Shown: piece after piece, positions 28,128-37,540 of the stretch
How the letters are laid out: each line of letters begins with the position of its first letter
Numbering within the stretch: the first letter of the stretch is position 1
Origin: an uncultured Candidatus Saccharibacteria bacterium
GTDB lineage: Bacteria > Patescibacteriota > Minisyncoccia > Phycocordibacterales > PALSA-1337
Assembly (NCBI GenBank): GCA_964459225.1
Contig: CAYWKB010000001.1
Coordinates: 180,140-244,139, forward strand
Direction of reading: 5' to 3'
DNA length: 64,000 nt
The notes under the pieces: generated by a model
Databases searched by the model: none
What the model was told of the DNA's origin: nothing
Seen by the model: the letters and a program-made list of their open reading frames with translations, nothing else
Position numbers and translations under genes: made by a program

Positions 28128-28281
28128 ACTTGCAAACAATATACCATATATACAAAAAATACACAAATTATATTTTATCCAGTATTTTGAACATATTTTA
28201 ATAAGTTATTAACAGTATAAATTGTACTTGAATGCATATGTCTTATATAATTACCTTTGTATTAGTTATAAAATTTTAAAA

Positions 28282-28620
28282 ATGAATAAAAATAACACTT
28301 CTCATGTCGTGCTTTTGGTAATTCTCATAATTATCGCTATTGTCATGATAGTTTTTTCTTATCTTAAACCAAGCAAGGTAGAGTACAATACAAATAATAA
28401 TCAAACTACAAAGGAAGTCGAAAAGCCAAAGGAAAAGTCATTAACCTCTGAACAAGTACAATTAAGGCAAAGGATACTAACACTTATAAATAAAAAGACT
28501 GTTTTAACAAAAGCAGAAAAGGACGAGATATTTAACGCGATTTCAGGTTCAAATATCAATAATTATAATTTCAGTAAAGAAGAAAGGATTAAAATAGTTG
28601 AGGCATTAAATCGAAAATAA
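28282..28620 (+). CDS. Small membrane-anchored hypothetical protein
   Basis: One TM; start placed at MNKNN; 4 nt upstream of the next gene. Confidence 0.7.
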   Translation: MNKNNTSHVVLLVILIIIAIVMIVFSYLKPSKVEYNTNNNQTTKEVEKPKEKSLTSEQVQLRQRILTLINKKTVLTKAEKDEIFNAISGSNINNYNFSKEERIKIVEALNRK

Positions 28621-28624
28621 TATT

Positions 28625-31600
28625 ATGAATAAAATTACAAAAAGCATAATATTGTCAGTATTCGGAATAGCATTTGCATCAAGTTTTGCAATTGCAAATG
28701 CACAGTCTGCGAGTCCTTCAGTCACAACGTCTGTTACATGGAACACTCCTCAGTCAATAACATATGGTACTGCATTATCAAGTACTCAACTTAATGCAAC
28801 TGCAAATGTACCAGGAAGATTTACATATACTCCAGCCGCAGGAACTATACTTCAAGCAGGCAATCAAACTCTATCAGTTAGATTTGATCCTTCAGATACT
28901 AGTAAGTTTTCAGTTACAAAGACAGTTACTTTGGTGGTGACTAAAAAGTTTTTAACGATAAAGGCAGATAATGCAACAAAAGAGCAGGGTAGTGTAAATC
29001 CAGCATTTACCGCTACTTACACCGGTTTTGTTAATGGAGATTCAGAATCATCATTAAATGAGACAGCATCAATGACTACTACTGCAACCAAAAACAGTCC
29101 AATAGGTAGTTACGATATTATCCCAGGAGGTGCGGTGTCTTCTAACTACGCTTTCAATTATCTAAGAGGTACATTAACTGTTACAGCTCCAAATGTTTCA
29201 AATCAAACATATGAGATATCAACTATAGCATCTGGTCAAGGTACGATTTCATGTATTGGTTGTGGTAAAAATGTTAAAAATGGCACAAAGGTAACTGCTA
29301 TAGCAACACCTGCACTCAAATATGAGTTAACTTCATGGTCAGGTCTTGGTTCCTCATGTCCAATTAGTTCAAATAGTTGCGAAATAATAGCAAGTGCAAG
29401 TGGTGATATTATCGCCACATTTTCAGAAATCACACCTAGAGTTATATCCTTTACCGCCACTCCCGAAACAACAGCAATAGGCGGAGGTTTTGTTAGTCTC
29501 TCAGCTCAGGTAGACAAAAATGTGGGACCAACAAGCTACTATATTAAGATCTATGAGGATGGAGTATTAAATCCTCTTGTTGCATGTAGCTCAGGTACTG
29601 TATGTAGTATTGTTGTAAACGTTACTTCAACAAAATCATTCACAGCAAGAGTCGAAAAAGACGGAGTAGGTCAGGGTACAGTAAATATGTTAAGTAAGAC
29701 AGTTACAGTTCCAGGCAAGAAAAATCCAATAGTAACTTGGAATACACCAGAATCAATAACATATGGAGCAGCCTTAACAAGTACTCAACTTAATGCAAGT
29801 GCAAATATTCCTGGTACTTTTGTATATACTCCAAATTTTGGAGCAGTATTGGGAGCAGGAAACAAAACTCTTTCAGTAACATTTACACCAACTGATTCAG
29901 TACAATACAATTCAATTACAAAAACAGTAACTTTGCAGGTAATCAAAAAATATTTAACAATAAAGGCAAATGACACCTCAAAGCCACAAGGTTCAGCAAA
30001 TCCACAGTTCACAGCAACATATACAGGCTTTGTAAATAACGACAATGTAGGATCACTTGATGAAGGTCCATCATTTACAACTGATGCAAAGACAAATAGT
30101 CCAATAGGTACATACTATATAATTCCAAGTAATGCACAATCACCAAATTATGCCTTTAATTATCTAAGAGGTACATTAAGTGTAGTTTCATCTGCAACTT
30201 TAACAGCGGGACTTTCAGCAGATCCATCGACTGGACAAATACCACCAGATTTTAATACAACATTAACTGCTTCAAGATCAGGAACAGCATCAGGTCCAAT
30301 AACATATAAATTTAAATGTAATTCAACAGATGCGTATTCAGTAGCAAGTGTGGATGCAAATTATCTATGTAAATATTCAGCAGTAGGTACATATACTGCA
30401 AGTGTAGAAGCAACACAAGAAGGCAAGACATCAACAGCGACACTTGCAATATCAGTAACAAAGGATACAACAGCACCAACAGCATCAAATATAGTAGCAG
30501 GACCAATTACAGAACAATTATCAACAATAAGATGGGATACAGATGAATCATCAACAGGACAAATAGAATACGGTTTAACAAGTGCATATGGAACAAAGAC
30601 CAAGGAAGTAGCAACATTTGATTTGTCACATTCAATACAAATAAATGGCTTAAAAGACAATACAACATATCATTTTAGAATAATTTCAAAAGATATATTT
30701 GGAAATACATCAGTAACATCAGATAAAACATTTAAAACAGCAATACAGCCAATATCAGGATCAGGAGAGCTTATGGGTTGGGCATGGTCATCAAATATAG
30801 GATGGATAAGCTTTAATTCAAAAAATCCAGGTTCAGGCGGAGGTGTATATGCAGTAAATGTAAAATTTGATAATGATGAATCAAATGGATCATTATGGGG
30901 ATATGCATGGTCACCAAATATAGGATGGATACAATTTGATGGACTAACAGGAACAGTAAATGGCGAATCAGTAACAAATGCCATAGTAAATGCAAAACCA
31001 GGAGATCCAAATTATGGAAAGGTAACAGGATGGGCAAGGGCAATAGGAGCAACAACAGTAAGTGGTTGGGATGGATGGATAAAGCTATCAGGTGTAAATC
31101 ACCCTTCACCAGAAGATGCATTGAAAAAAGGAAACGAAGGAGTTACATACTATACAGTAGATAAAATAGATAATGTAGGAAATAGAGTAAGAACAGGATA
31201 TCTAAGAGGATATGCATGGGGAGGAGAGGTGGTAGGATGGCTCAAATTTGTAGAAGAGACGGATATGGGTTCAGGAGGAAAGATAGAGGATACAGTTTGT
31301 ATAACAAATTGTGGAGGTACAACTGGTGGAGGAGCTGACTTTACATTAACTAATGGTCGAAATATCACTGTAGATTTGACCAATAAAACACCGGTGGTAA
31401 TACCAGGAACGGTTATATTAGGAAGAATAAATAACTATAGTGGTCATATAAACATAACAAGAGCTGGCGGTAATTTACCGGGAGGGGCGATAGTTGATTC
31501 ATTGAGCCCAGCATCATGTGATTTGTCAAGTTTGGCGGGACAAATATCATGTACGGTAAGTGTGTCAGTGGCAGGGATAACAAAGGAAGGGGTAGGATAT

Positions 31601-32026
31601 TATGTAACGTTAAATGCATCTGACGGAATAAGTACAAAGTCAATAACCGTACCAATAACTTTTGTAGACAATTCAACTAAGTTAAAGATGTGGATTAAGG
31701 ATGGATCAAATGATACCAATGAAACAATGTCATCAAAGAAAGTAAGATTGGGAAATAGTGTGGATGTGGCGTGGAGGAGTGAGGTGAGTGGGTTGAGTCA
31801 GTGTAGAGGGTTCGTTGATGGTGTGCCAGTGATTTCAAATCAGAGTCCTACAGGCCAGTATACGATCACATCAAGTATATTAGATACTGTGGGTACCTAC
31901 GGTTTCCGTGTGGAATGTACGTCAAACTCTGGAATTGTAAAGGCAAAAGTAATAGATAGTAACGGCACTGTAAAGGCAGATGTTCTACAAATCACAGTAA
32001 CAAATTCAAAAATAGAAGAAATATAA
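28625..32026 (+). CDS. Large secreted/surface protein (2 MBG-like modules, PKD-like, FN3-like, GWAW repeats)
   Basis: Signal peptide; duplicated VTWNTPxSITYG..LTIKA..GFVN module; IRWDTDESSTGQIEYG..YHFRI FN3; GWAWSSNIGWISF repeats. Confidence 0.88.
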   Translation: MNKITKSIILSVFGIAFASSFAIANAQSASPSVTTSVTWNTPQSITYGTALSSTQLNATANVPGRFTYTPAAGTILQAGNQTLSVRFDPSDTSKFSVTKTVTLVVTKKFLTIKADNATKEQGSVNPAFTATYTGFVNGDSESSLNETASMTTTATKNSPIGSYDIIPGGAVSSNYAFNYLRGTLTVTAPNVSNQTYEISTIASGQGTISCIGCGKNVKNGTKVTAIATPALKYELTSWSGLGSSCPISSNSCEIIASASGDIIATFSEITPRVISFTATPETTAIGGGFVSLSAQVDKNVGPTSYYIKIYEDGVLNPLVACSSGTVCSIVVNVTSTKSFTARVEKDGVGQGTVNMLSKTVTVPGKKNPIVTWNTPESITYGAALTSTQLNASANIPGTFVYTPNFGAVLGAGNKTLSVTFTPTDSVQYNSITKTVTLQVIKKYLTIKANDTSKPQGSANPQFTATYTGFVNNDNVGSLDEGPSFTTDAKTNSPIGTYYIIPSNAQSPNYAFNYLRGTLSVVSSATLTAGLSADPSTGQIPPDFNTTLTASRSGTASGPITYKFKCNSTDAYSVASVDANYLCKYSAVGTYTASVEATQEGKTSTATLAISVTKDTTAPTASNIVAGPITEQLSTIRWDTDESSTGQIEYGLTSAYGTKTKEVATFDLSHSIQINGLKDNTTYHFRIISKDIFGNTSVTSDKTFKTAIQPISGSGELMGWAWSSNIGWISFNSKNPGSGGGVYAVNVKFDNDESNGSLWGYAWSPNIGWIQFDGLTGTVNGESVTNAIVNAKPGDPNYGKVTGWARAIGATTVSGWDGWIKLSGVNHPSPEDALKKGNEGVTYYTVDKIDNVGNRVRTGYLRGYAWGGEVVGWLKFVEETDMGSGGKIEDTVCITNCGGTTGGGADFTLTNGRNITVDLTNKTPVVIPGTVILGRINNYSGHINITRAGGNLPGGAIVDSLSPASCDLSSLAGQISCTVSVSVAGITKEGVGYYVTLNASDGISTKSITVPITFVDNSTKLKMWIKDGSNDTNETMSSKKVRLGNSVDVAWRSEVSGLSQCRGFVDGVPVISNQSPTGQYTITSSILDTVGTYGFRVECTSNSGIVKAKVIDSNGTVKADVLQITVTNSKIEEI
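28730..30185 (+). repeat. Intragenic duplication of an ~150-aa module (~28730-29185 and ~29730-30185)
   Basis: Shared peptides STQLNA, TKTVTL, YAFNYLRGTL. Confidence 0.85.
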
Positions 32027-32051
32027 GATTGATTAATTAAATATAAAAAGG

Positions 32052-32084
32052 AAGACCGCTAACTCTATAAGAGTTTGCGGTCTT
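32052..32084. terminator. Bidirectional terminator
   Basis: AAGACCGCTAACTCT-ATA-AGAGTTTGCGGTCTT between convergent genes. Confidence 0.8.
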
Positions 32085-32104
32085 TTTGGTCTCCCTTACC
32101 TGCC

Positions 32105-33100
32105 CTAAGGGAGATACGGAATCTTTTTAAGGGTTATGACCCTGAAGAACTTTCCACCACTCTGAACAGGTTCAGAGTATGAGATTGTTCCTGGGTCATC
32201 AACTCTGTTGGGAGCTACTTCGCTTCCTACGTTCACCCAATTTCCGACTACTGAGTCAGAACACTGGATTTGATAGGTGCGACCGACTTCGCCGCCATTG
32301 ACCATCAGTGAGACGGTATTTGGATTTGATGTCGTTCTCCCAACGTTTTTGACAGCTAGAGACCCGAGAGTCTCAGAACTGCCAAATATTTGTAGTGTCG
32401 GTTCCTTTTCAGGAACCCGATTACCATGCCCATCGTAGATGAACAGGTTGTAATTCTGATCTAAGACGCGGATATCGGTCTTGAAGTTGAATGAATCAGT
32501 AGCGATATCCTGTGGAATGGCCAGAAATTTCTCCTGGACATATACAACAGAATCACTTCTGCTTTCACCTGTCCGCAAATCGGAGCAGATGATTTTACCC
32601 CAAACCATGTTAGTGGTTTTGTATGGGATATAGTCAGGTAGTCCAATCTTGATTCCAGAAATATCTGGAGCAGTGTAGGATCCAGAAATCTTTTTAAGTG
32701 TTATATTACTCTCGTGAGAGAGGTACAGAACACTTCCTTGACTATCTAGATCAAATGCTGCCCATGAAATTCTGACATTAAACGGTAAGGATCTATTTTG
32801 TCCAAACTCATTTGTGATGGCACCTTGAATGGCTTCTAAGAGCTTTACACCTATAAAGGCGTTTAACTCTTCTAAAGTCTTAAACTGTAGATCAAGGGAA
32901 TTGTACGCACCTACGTACATATTTCCTTGCCCAACAGTCACATCAAGATATCGACCACTAATCAGACAATGTCTGATTACGGCCTCCATACTCCCGATGG
33001 AGTTTGTGGAGATCGGATCGACTACATTTTTCTTCAGTGCTCCCTCAACCTTGCCTACAAGGCAAAGGAAGGAGAGCAGAACTGCGAAAAGTATTTTCAT
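32105..33100 (-). CDS. Secreted hypothetical protein with Verrucomicrobia-like C-terminal domain
   Basis: Signal peptide; AAAGGAG SD; C-terminal YQIQCSDSVVGNWVNV...KFFRV. Confidence 0.8.
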   Translation of the reverse strand: MKILFAVLLSFLCLVGKVEGALKKNVVDPISTNSIGSMEAVIRHCLISGRYLDVTVGQGNMYVGAYNSLDLQFKTLEELNAFIGVKLLEAIQGAITNEFGQNRSLPFNVRISWAAFDLDSQGSVLYLSHESNITLKKISGSYTAPDISGIKIGLPDYIPYKTTNMVWGKIICSDLRTGESRSDSVVYVQEKFLAIPQDIATDSFNFKTDIRVLDQNYNLFIYDGHGNRVPEKEPTLQIFGSSETLGSLAVKNVGRTTSNPNTVSLMVNGGEVGRTYQIQCSDSVVGNWVNVGSEVAPNRVDDPGTISYSEPVQSGGKFFRVITLKKIPYLP

Positions 33101-33174
33101 ACTTCTCCTTTCTGAGTCTTACGACTCGGTTGATTGTTGTTTTAGCACTACAAATTTCGATGTGCTCTAGGTAT

Positions 33175-33203
33175 ATTATACCATAGCCCCTATTTAATTG
33201 CAA
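33175..33203 (-). promoter_or_regulatory. Sigma70-type promoter
   Basis: TTGCAA-17 (ending TGG)-TATAAT; boxA-like GCACATCGAAA downstream. Confidence 0.75.
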
Positions 33204-33269
33204 ATAGGGAGGGAAGGGGGATAAATGTGTTGATATATATAGAAATTAAGTATAATATCAAAGTGAAAT

Positions 33270-33917
33270 ATGAACACTTTTCAAATTTCTAAGTTTTCTG
33301 AGACATACATTCTACCTATCTTTACCCATTTTATATTAAAGATATTTTATAAAATTAAAATTAATGGTATTGAAAATATTGAGGAACTCGAGTCACCTTA
33401 TTTAATAGTTTCAAATCATGTATCAGTAATTGACCCTTTTCTGTTTAGACTTTTCCTGAGATCAAAAAACCTTCCAATCAGATTCATGGCAGTTAAAAGG
33501 TTCGACTTAAGTATATTAAATATTCTTGGTAGGTTGGGTGTTGTCAGAATGATTTATTATGTGTTCGGCGTATTAGTTGTCGAGAAAGGGGTAGGTATAG
33601 AAAAGAATACTAGTGAAGCAATAAATGTAATAAAAAATATGGGAAATATTGCGATTTTTCCAGAGGGTGGAATAGTAAATAAAGATGATATAGGTCAATT
33701 TAGAGATGGTGCAGCTAGTATAATTAATATTACAGGTGTAATGGTTTTACCTGTAGCTATACACAAAAAAAAGAAAAGATTCTTGAGAGGATCATTCACT
33801 ATTTCCATTGGTAAACCCAATAAATTTGATTTAGGCTTAGAAAATAGCTATTTAACTCATCTAATAAGAGAAAAGGTGAGACATTTATATTGCATTAATA
33901 TTAAAAAATATGAATAA
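33270..33917 (+). CDS. Lysophospholipid acyltransferase (PlsC family)
   Basis: NHVSVID (HxxxxD), IFPEGG, GAA, LPVAI. Confidence 0.9.
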   Translation: MNTFQISKFSETYILPIFTHFILKIFYKIKINGIENIEELESPYLIVSNHVSVIDPFLFRLFLRSKNLPIRFMAVKRFDLSILNILGRLGVVRMIYYVFGVLVVEKGVGIEKNTSEAINVIKNMGNIAIFPEGGIVNKDDIGQFRDGAASIINITGVMVLPVAIHKKKKRFLRGSFTISIGKPNKFDLGLENSYLTHLIREKVRHLYCINIKKYE

Positions 33918-34959
33918 TAACCAGTTTGCTTTTATTGTACATGCAAGATTTAGAAAAGATTTGATAATCTTGTATAAGGTACTTAAATTTTTACCTAATT
34001 TTATTGTTGATCTTGTATCTAGATATCATCCACCAGTGGTAATATCAAATGTCTATGAAGATAAAAATAAAATAGGAATTATTATTGGTATACCCATGAC
34101 AGCAAAGCAGTTGCTAGAAAGAAAAGATATAGCATTAGAAAAAATTTTATACTCTATAGAAATTGCAAAAAAGAAAGGTATTAAGACTGTTGGACTAGGT
34201 GCCATGACATCATCTTTAAGTAAAGGTGGTAAGGATGTTGAGCATAAATACCCAGAAATTAAAATAGTTAATGGTATCAATTATACAGTTATAAATATAA
34301 TTAAATACATTAATAAAATAGTCAGTGTGCTTCAACTTGATATTTCCCACACGAATATATCTGTGGTTGGAGCATCTGGTGGAATAGGCTTCGGAGTCAC
34401 TAGAGAATTATTTAATATTGGTTTTAGAAATATTAATCTAATAGACGTAGATAGAAAAATTAATATTTTAAAGAATAAATTAAGTGAAAATAATATTAGT
34501 ATGAATAAATATGATATTAGTATAACTTCTTCGTTAGAAACATTAATTAAAAGTAAGATAATTATTGCTGCAACTAATTCTCCAGAAACGGTGATAAAAA
34601 CAGAACATGTATCCCCAGGAACAATTATTATTAATGATGCGCAACCTTCTGATATTGATCCATATATAGAGAAAAACAGGTCGGACATCCTTGTCGTTGA
34701 GGGTGGGATAGTAAGTACAGAGGATATTGAAGTTAGTATGAATTTAGGTTTAAAAAATAAAAATGATATATATAGTTGTATGGCAGAAACAATTATTATT
34801 AATAAATTCCAGAATTATGATGTATACTCTAAAAAAGTTAATCCTGAAATAAGCAAGGAATCAGATAGGTTAGGGTTCGGTATAAATACGTTACAAAATT
34901 CAAGTTTTTTAATTAGTAATGATATCATATCTCAGTTTAAGAATTCTACAACCGATTGA
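33910..34959 (+). CDS. Acyl-ACP reductase-like NAD(P)-dependent oxidoreductase (COG5322-like)
   Basis: FAFIVH, VGLGAMTS, Rossmann VVGASGGIG, DAQPSD, EGG, YSCMAET; overlaps the plsC stop. Confidence 0.75.
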   Translation: MNNNQFAFIVHARFRKDLIILYKVLKFLPNFIVDLVSRYHPPVVISNVYEDKNKIGIIIGIPMTAKQLLERKDIALEKILYSIEIAKKKGIKTVGLGAMTSSLSKGGKDVEHKYPEIKIVNGINYTVINIIKYINKIVSVLQLDISHTNISVVGASGGIGFGVTRELFNIGFRNINLIDVDRKINILKNKLSENNISMNKYDISITSSLETLIKSKIIIAATNSPETVIKTEHVSPGTIIINDAQPSDIDPYIEKNRSDILVVEGGIVSTEDIEVSMNLGLKNKNDIYSCMAETIIINKFQNYDVYSKKVNPEISKESDRLGFGINTLQNSSFLISNDIISQFKNSTTD

Positions 34960-35136
34960 TTCCATACTAAATGATTTAAGGCAAGAGTCTTTATTTTGGT
35001 TTTAAAATCTATTCTCGAATTACGAATATTTTATGGCAATTGATTCTAATTTTATTAACTAGCCAAGTTGAGTAATTCTAAATAGATTCTAATGATATGA
35101 TTAATTAATCATCATTAACTGATATGAGAAAGATGT

Positions 35137-37212
35137 CTATTTGTTTTTTCGGTTATTTTTTAAAGGGTTATTATGATGTATACCAATCGATGTTTCTATC
35201 CTTTTTTTTGCTAATTTAAAATATGCCTCATTGTTCTCAATCCCCACTGTTTTATAACCATTTTTGTAACCAGCAATAATTGTTGTCCCACTTCCTAGAT
35301 ATGGATCCAAAAGATAACCATTATCTTTATCAATATACGGGAGAATTAATTCAACGATTTGTTCTGGGTAGGGGGCAGTATGACCGAGCATATTCTCACC
35401 TTTTGAATTTATTTTTCTAACAGTATCAATCATAAAAACTTTTTTAGAAAGTTTTATTTTTTGAGTACTTTTACCAAATATCAAAACATGTTCGTAACAA
35501 TTTATTGGTTTAATATAAGAAGGAAAAATATTTTCAGTTGAATTACGTTTCGATTGAACTTGTCCTTTATCCCATATGATGTTCTCAAGTAACTTATAAC
35601 CGAGTATTTCAAAAATCATGATGCTGTAAAAACCGAGCATTAATCTACGTTTTGACATATGTGAGGTTATGAATACATTATCCTGACCTACAATATCACC
35701 AATATTGTAAAAATAATATGAATTATTTTCCATTTTCTCTAAGACCGCCTTAGCATTTACTGCCATATCAATTAGATAACATAACATTGTTGGCCATTGC
35801 GAATACTCTCTTGCATTGTAGTATGGAGGTGAGGTTATTACCCCGCTTATCTTTTCTTTAATACTAGATAATATATTTGAAGAGTTACCCTCATAAATAC
35901 TAAAATTACTCCCGCTAACTATAGAGCGTGGCTTATCAGTTTTGATATCGATATTTTTAATAATTTCATCAAATAAAAATTCAATAGTTGTTTTACTATT
36001 TATATTAACTTTATAATTACTATAATCACAAAATTCAACTATTCTGTTATATTTTTGTCTCACACCCAATTCTTTATCATTTGAAATATATTTTATTTTT
36101 TCACCAGACCAAGAAAAAAACTGTACGATCATATCGAAATAATTACCACTATTTGAAAAAATATCTCGACGGAATATTTTAAGGAGGTCTGTGTCTATTT
36201 GGTTATGCACATCCTTAATTTTAAGATAAGTATTTCTCTTAACATTAAAGTAATCAAATCTTTTTCCACGCCCAATTTTACTTCTACTAGGACAACTAGG
36301 ATTCTGACACTCAAAACTCTTTTTAAGAATGCTGGGGTAAGAATTACCACGAACGTTTTCTTTCATACAATCTGGGCAGGGTAGAATAGTTTCGTCAAGC
36401 TCTATCTTTTGCATGATTAAGATTTTTGTGTCATCAGAGTCCGAGATGATCAAGTCATTAAATTGAAAGCCGTATGATACTCCACTAAAAAAATCTTTAA
36501 CCCTATTTTCAATTTCATTTGTGTACTCGATATTTCTATTGTTTTTTAAAAATTCACTTAACTCATTAATTTTATTAGCTTTATTTTTATTAAATAACTT
36601 AAAATTAGTTTCTTTTTTAAAGTACTCACAATAGATGGCGATATCAGAAATTATTTGCCAATCGCTTTTTTCGAAAATTATCGTAAGATAATGATAGTTG
36701 GCTAGATTATTATATTCCTGATTTATTATAGACTTTACATTTTCAGAAATATTTTTTTTATCTGGCTCGACTCTAATAACTAAAAGTTGATTTTTACTCT
36801 TTTCGTATTTTTTAATTATTTTAAGATAATTTGAGATATTCTCTGTCTCTTTGGTTTTTTTATTTAAACGAGATTTTATTGTTCCAACAACTTTTGCTCG
36901 ATTTCTTTTAACACCTATTTCTAGGAGATTTACTGCTGATAGGACATCATTATTGTTAATAATACTTCTATCAATTGCAGGTAGACCATCGATTTTCCAA
37001 TTATCCAAATTTAAAATATAATTTCTCACACTATTTCTCTGTAAAGAAGTAAGTTTAAAATTATTTTTTGATTTGAAATTGTTAATGTGCATAGTTATTT
37101 TTTTATCTGCAACACGTGAAATGTCCAATGCTAATGAAATTAGTTTTCCATCAGAAATATAAAAATCAAAATTTTTTTTTAGACTATTTAATTTTTCTTT
37201 AAGGCTTTCCAT
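35137..37212 (-). CDS. DNA N4-cytosine (amino) methyltransferase, beta class, with Cys4 Zn-like motif
   Basis: ITSPPYYN (motif IV) precedes HTAPYP and LDPYLGSGTT (motif I); CPDC...CQNPSC. Confidence 0.9.
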   Translation of the reverse strand: MESLKEKLNSLKKNFDFYISDGKLISLALDISRVADKKITMHINNFKSKNNFKLTSLQRNSVRNYILNLDNWKIDGLPAIDRSIINNNDVLSAVNLLEIGVKRNRAKVVGTIKSRLNKKTKETENISNYLKIIKKYEKSKNQLLVIRVEPDKKNISENVKSIINQEYNNLANYHYLTIIFEKSDWQIISDIAIYCEYFKKETNFKLFNKNKANKINELSEFLKNNRNIEYTNEIENRVKDFFSGVSYGFQFNDLIISDSDDTKILIMQKIELDETILPCPDCMKENVRGNSYPSILKKSFECQNPSCPSRSKIGRGKRFDYFNVKRNTYLKIKDVHNQIDTDLLKIFRRDIFSNSGNYFDMIVQFFSWSGEKIKYISNDKELGVRQKYNRIVEFCDYSNYKVNINSKTTIEFLFDEIIKNIDIKTDKPRSIVSGSNFSIYEGNSSNILSSIKEKISGVITSPPYYNAREYSQWPTMLCYLIDMAVNAKAVLEKMENNSYYFYNIGDIVGQDNVFITSHMSKRRLMLGFYSIMIFEILGYKLLENIIWDKGQVQSKRNSTENIFPSYIKPINCYEHVLIFGKSTQKIKLSKKVFMIDTVRKINSKGENMLGHTAPYPEQIVELILPYIDKDNGYLLDPYLGSGTTIIAGYKNGYKTVGIENNEAYFKLAKKRIETSIGIHHNNPLKNNRKNK

Positions 37213-37299
37213 GCTTTTTTATACTAATATATTATAACTGAATTGAATGTTATTTACGGCTGTTAGCCGGTTATATTATAGCATGATATAAGCTAAAAT

Positions 37300-37536
37300 G
37301 TGAGAATGATAAAAGATGTTGATTTTATAAAAATCCAAAATGATATTCAATCAATGATTGGTAAGGTCCGTCGTGCAAAGAAAATGACACAAGAGCAACT
37401 AGGAAATATCGTTGGTTTGGAAACCAAATCAATAAGTGATATTGAGACAAATAGACGTAGGGCATCCACTCTTACTTTAATTAAAATCTTTTACGCACTT
37501 GATATTGATATAAAAAAGAGCTTTAGCATAAAGTAA
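37300..37536 (+). CDS. XRE-family HTH protein, probable R-M controller (C protein)
   Basis: RRAKKMTQEQLGNIVGLETKSISDIETNRR; directly upstream of the nuclease, divergent from the MTase. Confidence 0.82.
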   Translation: MRMIKDVDFIKIQNDIQSMIGKVRRAKKMTQEQLGNIVGLETKSISDIETNRRRASTLTLIKIFYALDIDIKKSFSIK

Positions 37537-37540
37537 TAAT

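Noticed and set aside
37107-37123. Extra parS-like site TGCAACACGTGAAATG (also ~21126)
   Set aside because: Too many mismatches and isolated from the cluster
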